Positions 61,501-64,000 of a stretch of 64,000 nucleotides of DNA are shown here, piece by piece. The DNA comes from Lama glama (taxonomy: Eukaryota). The translations under genes were made by a program, and so were the position numbers. The notes beneath the pieces were generated by a model. That model was not told the origin of the DNA. It made no database searches and worked only from the letters and a program-made list of their open reading frames with translations. Every line of letters begins with the position of its first letter. The first letter of the stretch is position 1. The stretch is from assembly GCA_028534125.1 (NCBI GenBank), contig JAPYYK010000093.1:1240001-1304000 (forward strand), read 5' to 3'.

Positions 61501-62895
61501 CTCAGATCTGTTCCATCGCACCTGGAACCTAGTCATGTTTCGGTTTCTCCTCTTTAGAACAAGGATGGCTCCTACACAGGCTTCATCAAGGTTCAACTGA
61601 AGCTGGTGCGCCCTGTCTCGGTTCCCTCCAGCAAGAAACCACCCTCCTTGCAGGATGCCCGGCGGGGCCCAGGGAGGGGCACAGCTGTGAAACGGCGCAC
61701 TTCCTTCTACTTGCCCAAGGATGCTGTCAAGCACCTGCATGTGTTGTCACGCACGCGGGCACGCGAGGTCATCGAGGCCCTGCTGCGCAAATTCTTGGTG
61801 GTGGATGACCCCCGCAAGTTTGCACTCTTTGAGCGGGCTGAGCGCCATGGCCAAGGTGGGCGCCCCCCTAGCCCCACCATCACGTGTGAGGGTATATATG
61901 CACGTGCCTGTGCGCTCAGGGGCCGAGGGACTGCGCCTGACTCTATCACACATTCCCTTCCCCCCTTCTGGCCCTCAGTGTATCTGCGGAAGCTGTCAGA
62001 TGATGAGCAGCCCCTGCGGCTCCGGCTCCTTGCAGGACCCAGTGAGAAGGCCCTCAGCTTTGTTCTGAAGGAGAATGACTCTGGGGAGGTGAACGTGAGT
62101 ACATGGCCCATCGTAGTTTCTTGGCAGGACTCGTGGGTGGCAGCTCTAGTAAGTTGTGAAGGAGGAATAGGGCTGAGGACAAGCCCCACAAAGCCTGTCC
62201 AAGAGTATGTGAGCCTTGTAGCTAAAGTGATGGCTTCCAGGACTCATGCCAAGGTCTAGGGCTTGTCCCAAGAAGCCAGGAAGAATTGTCTTGGTGCTCT
62301 GCTCTTTCCTAATGTAGAAAGTCCTCAGGAGATGCAGGAGTCCTTCTGATGGTGGTGATCCCAGGGCAGATCAAAGCCTCACAGATGGGCACAGAAAGAC
62401 ATGGAGGTGCCCCCTTCAGGCATTAGGACTTTTTACCTGGAAGCTTTACAGCTCCAAGGTAGTGCGTCTGCAGAGTGGGGTTAACCTCAGAGAGAGTGGG
62501 CATGACCTGTCCACAGGTAACTAGTAAATATTTGGTTTGGTTGCCTCTCCATAAGTTGACCACCCTACTTTGTGTGGCCCATCTTCTATAGAATCATTGT
62601 TGGGAGTCCTAACAGAGACCATTCAGGCAAGAACCTGACATTAGAAAGCCCCATCTAGCTGTGTGACCATGATGTGCTGGTCTCTAGGGAGGGCCTGCTG
62701 GCTTGGCGGTGCCTGCTGTAGACTGTGTCTCCCCACTACCCCCTGCAGTGGGATGCTTTCAGCATGCCTGAACTACACAACTTCCTGCGCATCCTGCAGC
62801 GGGAAGAAGAGGAACACCTCCGCCAGATCCTGCAGAAGTACTCCTATTGCCGCCAGAAGATCCAAGAGGCCCTGCATGCCTGCCCCCTGGGGTGA
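55215..62895 (+). CDS. RASSF1: Ras association domain family member 1, isoform A (C1, RA and SARAH domains)
   Basis: join(55215-55464, 57131-57237, 61255-61359, 61558-61855, 61979-62094, 62749-62895) = 1023 nt = 340 aa; MSAEPELIELRELAP...HTWCDLCGDFIWG...ETPDLSQAE (ATM site)...ALHACPLG. Confidence 0.97.
55915..56760 (-). mobile_element. LINE-2 fragment, probably interrupted by a MER5-like element (about 56007-56185)
   Basis: TTTTGGCCATGTTGAGTTGAAATGTCTACTAGACATCCAA and GGATTTGGCAGTGGGCAGGTCGCTGAGGACCCTGACCAGGGCAGT are L2-like; CAGTAGTT..TAGAATTACTTGGGA..GTTGAGAATCAATG is MER5-like. Confidence 0.55.
56890..58150. promoter_or_regulatory. Second RASSF1 CpG island (RASSF1C promoter)
   Basis: CpG-dense; CCAAT at about 57641, E2F-like TTTCCCGCG at about 57357, NRF1-like GCGCATATGCGC at about 57744. 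Confidence 0.8.
57823..57975 (+). CDS. RASSF1: RASSF1C-specific first coding exon (2-gamma), spliced to 61255
   Basis: MGEADAGTPSFEMTWSSTTSSGYCSQEDSDSELEQYFTARTSLARRPRRDQ then GT donor, phase 0; contains the SSGYCS beta-TrCP degron. Confidence 0.93.
60397..60530 (+). mobile_element. tRNA-derived SINE, camelid Vic-1-like
   Basis: GGGAGGGTATAGTTCAGTGGTAGAGCACATG...GGTTCAGTCCCC, same tail structure as the copy at 8318; CTCTAGAC at 60380-60387 and 60531-60538 may be the TSD. Confidence 0.88.
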
Positions 62896-63671
62896 CCTCT
62901 TGTACCCCTGGGTGGAAGGAGGAAAGTAGGCAGCACCGAGGGCGTGCCGTGTGAGTGTGAGAAGGCCCATGTGGCCTGAGGAATGAGTGTGCATGGAGGC
63001 CCTCTCTTGCTGGGGGAACAAGCCCAGAGAACAGCGAAGGAGATGGCCCCCTGTGTCCACCAGTGGGTGTAGCAGAGCATGGCTCTGCACCCATCTGCGC
63101 TTCATGTACTGGGTCATGGTGGGCTAGGGTTGCCCTGGGACACTGCTCCAGGCTTGCAGCAGGAGTAGAACAGACAGAAGTCTCCTTAATTTGTGTCTCA
63201 GATATGAGAATTTTGGAGACCCTACCAACAGAATAGGGTCATGTTTGCAGGGATGAGGGCTCTCATCTATGGCGAAAGGTTGTGTGTTTTGGGTCTTGGA
63301 TGAGGTCTGAGGACGAGCCAAGGTTGGGTGTGCAACATAAGGCAGGTATCGAGGAAGAGTCTAGGGTTCCCTCTGCAGCACCCTCTGACTCCTCACACAC
63401 CCTGTGATCAGGGAGTGCTGGCTCATGGAGCAGCAGCAGTGCCTCAGTGCCTCCTCCAAGGAGGATGTCCCTGGGCCAGGGTCTGTGTGAGTGTGGGTAC
63501 TGGCCCAGGTCTGTGCCTTGTTTGCCAGTCAAAGCCAGGGTCTTGCCCTTGGGTATTTTTGATGATGTGTGCGGATGTATGTAATATTTTGTGGCCTCAG
63601 CTGAATGCCTCCTGTGGGGAAGGGGGTAGGGGTGACAGTCATCAGGGCCTGGGGCCTGAGAGAATTGGCTG

Positions 63672-63677
63672 AATAAA
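63672..63677 (+). terminator. RASSF1 polyadenylation signal AATAAA
   Basis: AATAAA about 780 nt after the stop, followed by T-rich sequence. Confidence 0.8.
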
Positions 63678-64000
63678 GATTTAAGAATTCTTCCGCTTTT
63701 GGATTCTTTATTATGGGCCCTTATCTGCAGTTGCCCCTCATGCCAGTGGCTGCCAAGATTAATGGACAGGCTCACAGATCACCTTTTCAAGTGGGCCCAC
63801 GGGACCAATTTGTGAAGGATGTAGTGTACAGATATGTACTGAGTCATCACTCAACACCTGCGGGCTCAGGTCATGATGGGGGCAAGAACATGAGCCGCAG
63901 CCAGAGCTTAGGGAAACCACACACTCGAAGCTGTGGGAGACGTTTCACCAAATAGAGATACTACTGTGACTCAGACACTGCCAAAGGTACAGACGTTAAT

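Overview
Mammalian genomic DNA, probably a camelid, judging from three tRNA-derived SINEs that resemble the camelid Vic-1 family. The window is the ortholog of the human 3p21.31 (LUCA) tumour-suppressor cluster. Gene order: the 3' part of CACNA2D2 (+, roughly exons 4-39), TMEM115 (+), CYB561D2 (-), NPRL2 (+), ZMYND10/BLU (+) and RASSF1 (+, both A and C first exons). I reconstructed exons by hand from splice sites and proteins recalled from memory. TMEM115 (351 aa), CYB561D2 (222 aa), ZMYND10 (440 aa) and RASSF1A (340 aa) close as intact frames. The missing CACNA2D2 and NPRL2 exons are best explained by N-gaps. Most ORFs in the supplied track are GC-rich noise or exon-plus-intron read-through. 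I cannot support a wholly new biological system here. The best leads are regulatory: a probable U12-type intron in CACNA2D2, a candidate intronic-polyadenylation RASSF1A isoform, weak ZMYND10 termination inside the RASSF1A promoter, a palindromic MER53 (miR-1302-type) element, several homeodomain-motif-rich intronic enhancer candidates, and assembly gaps that fall on exons.
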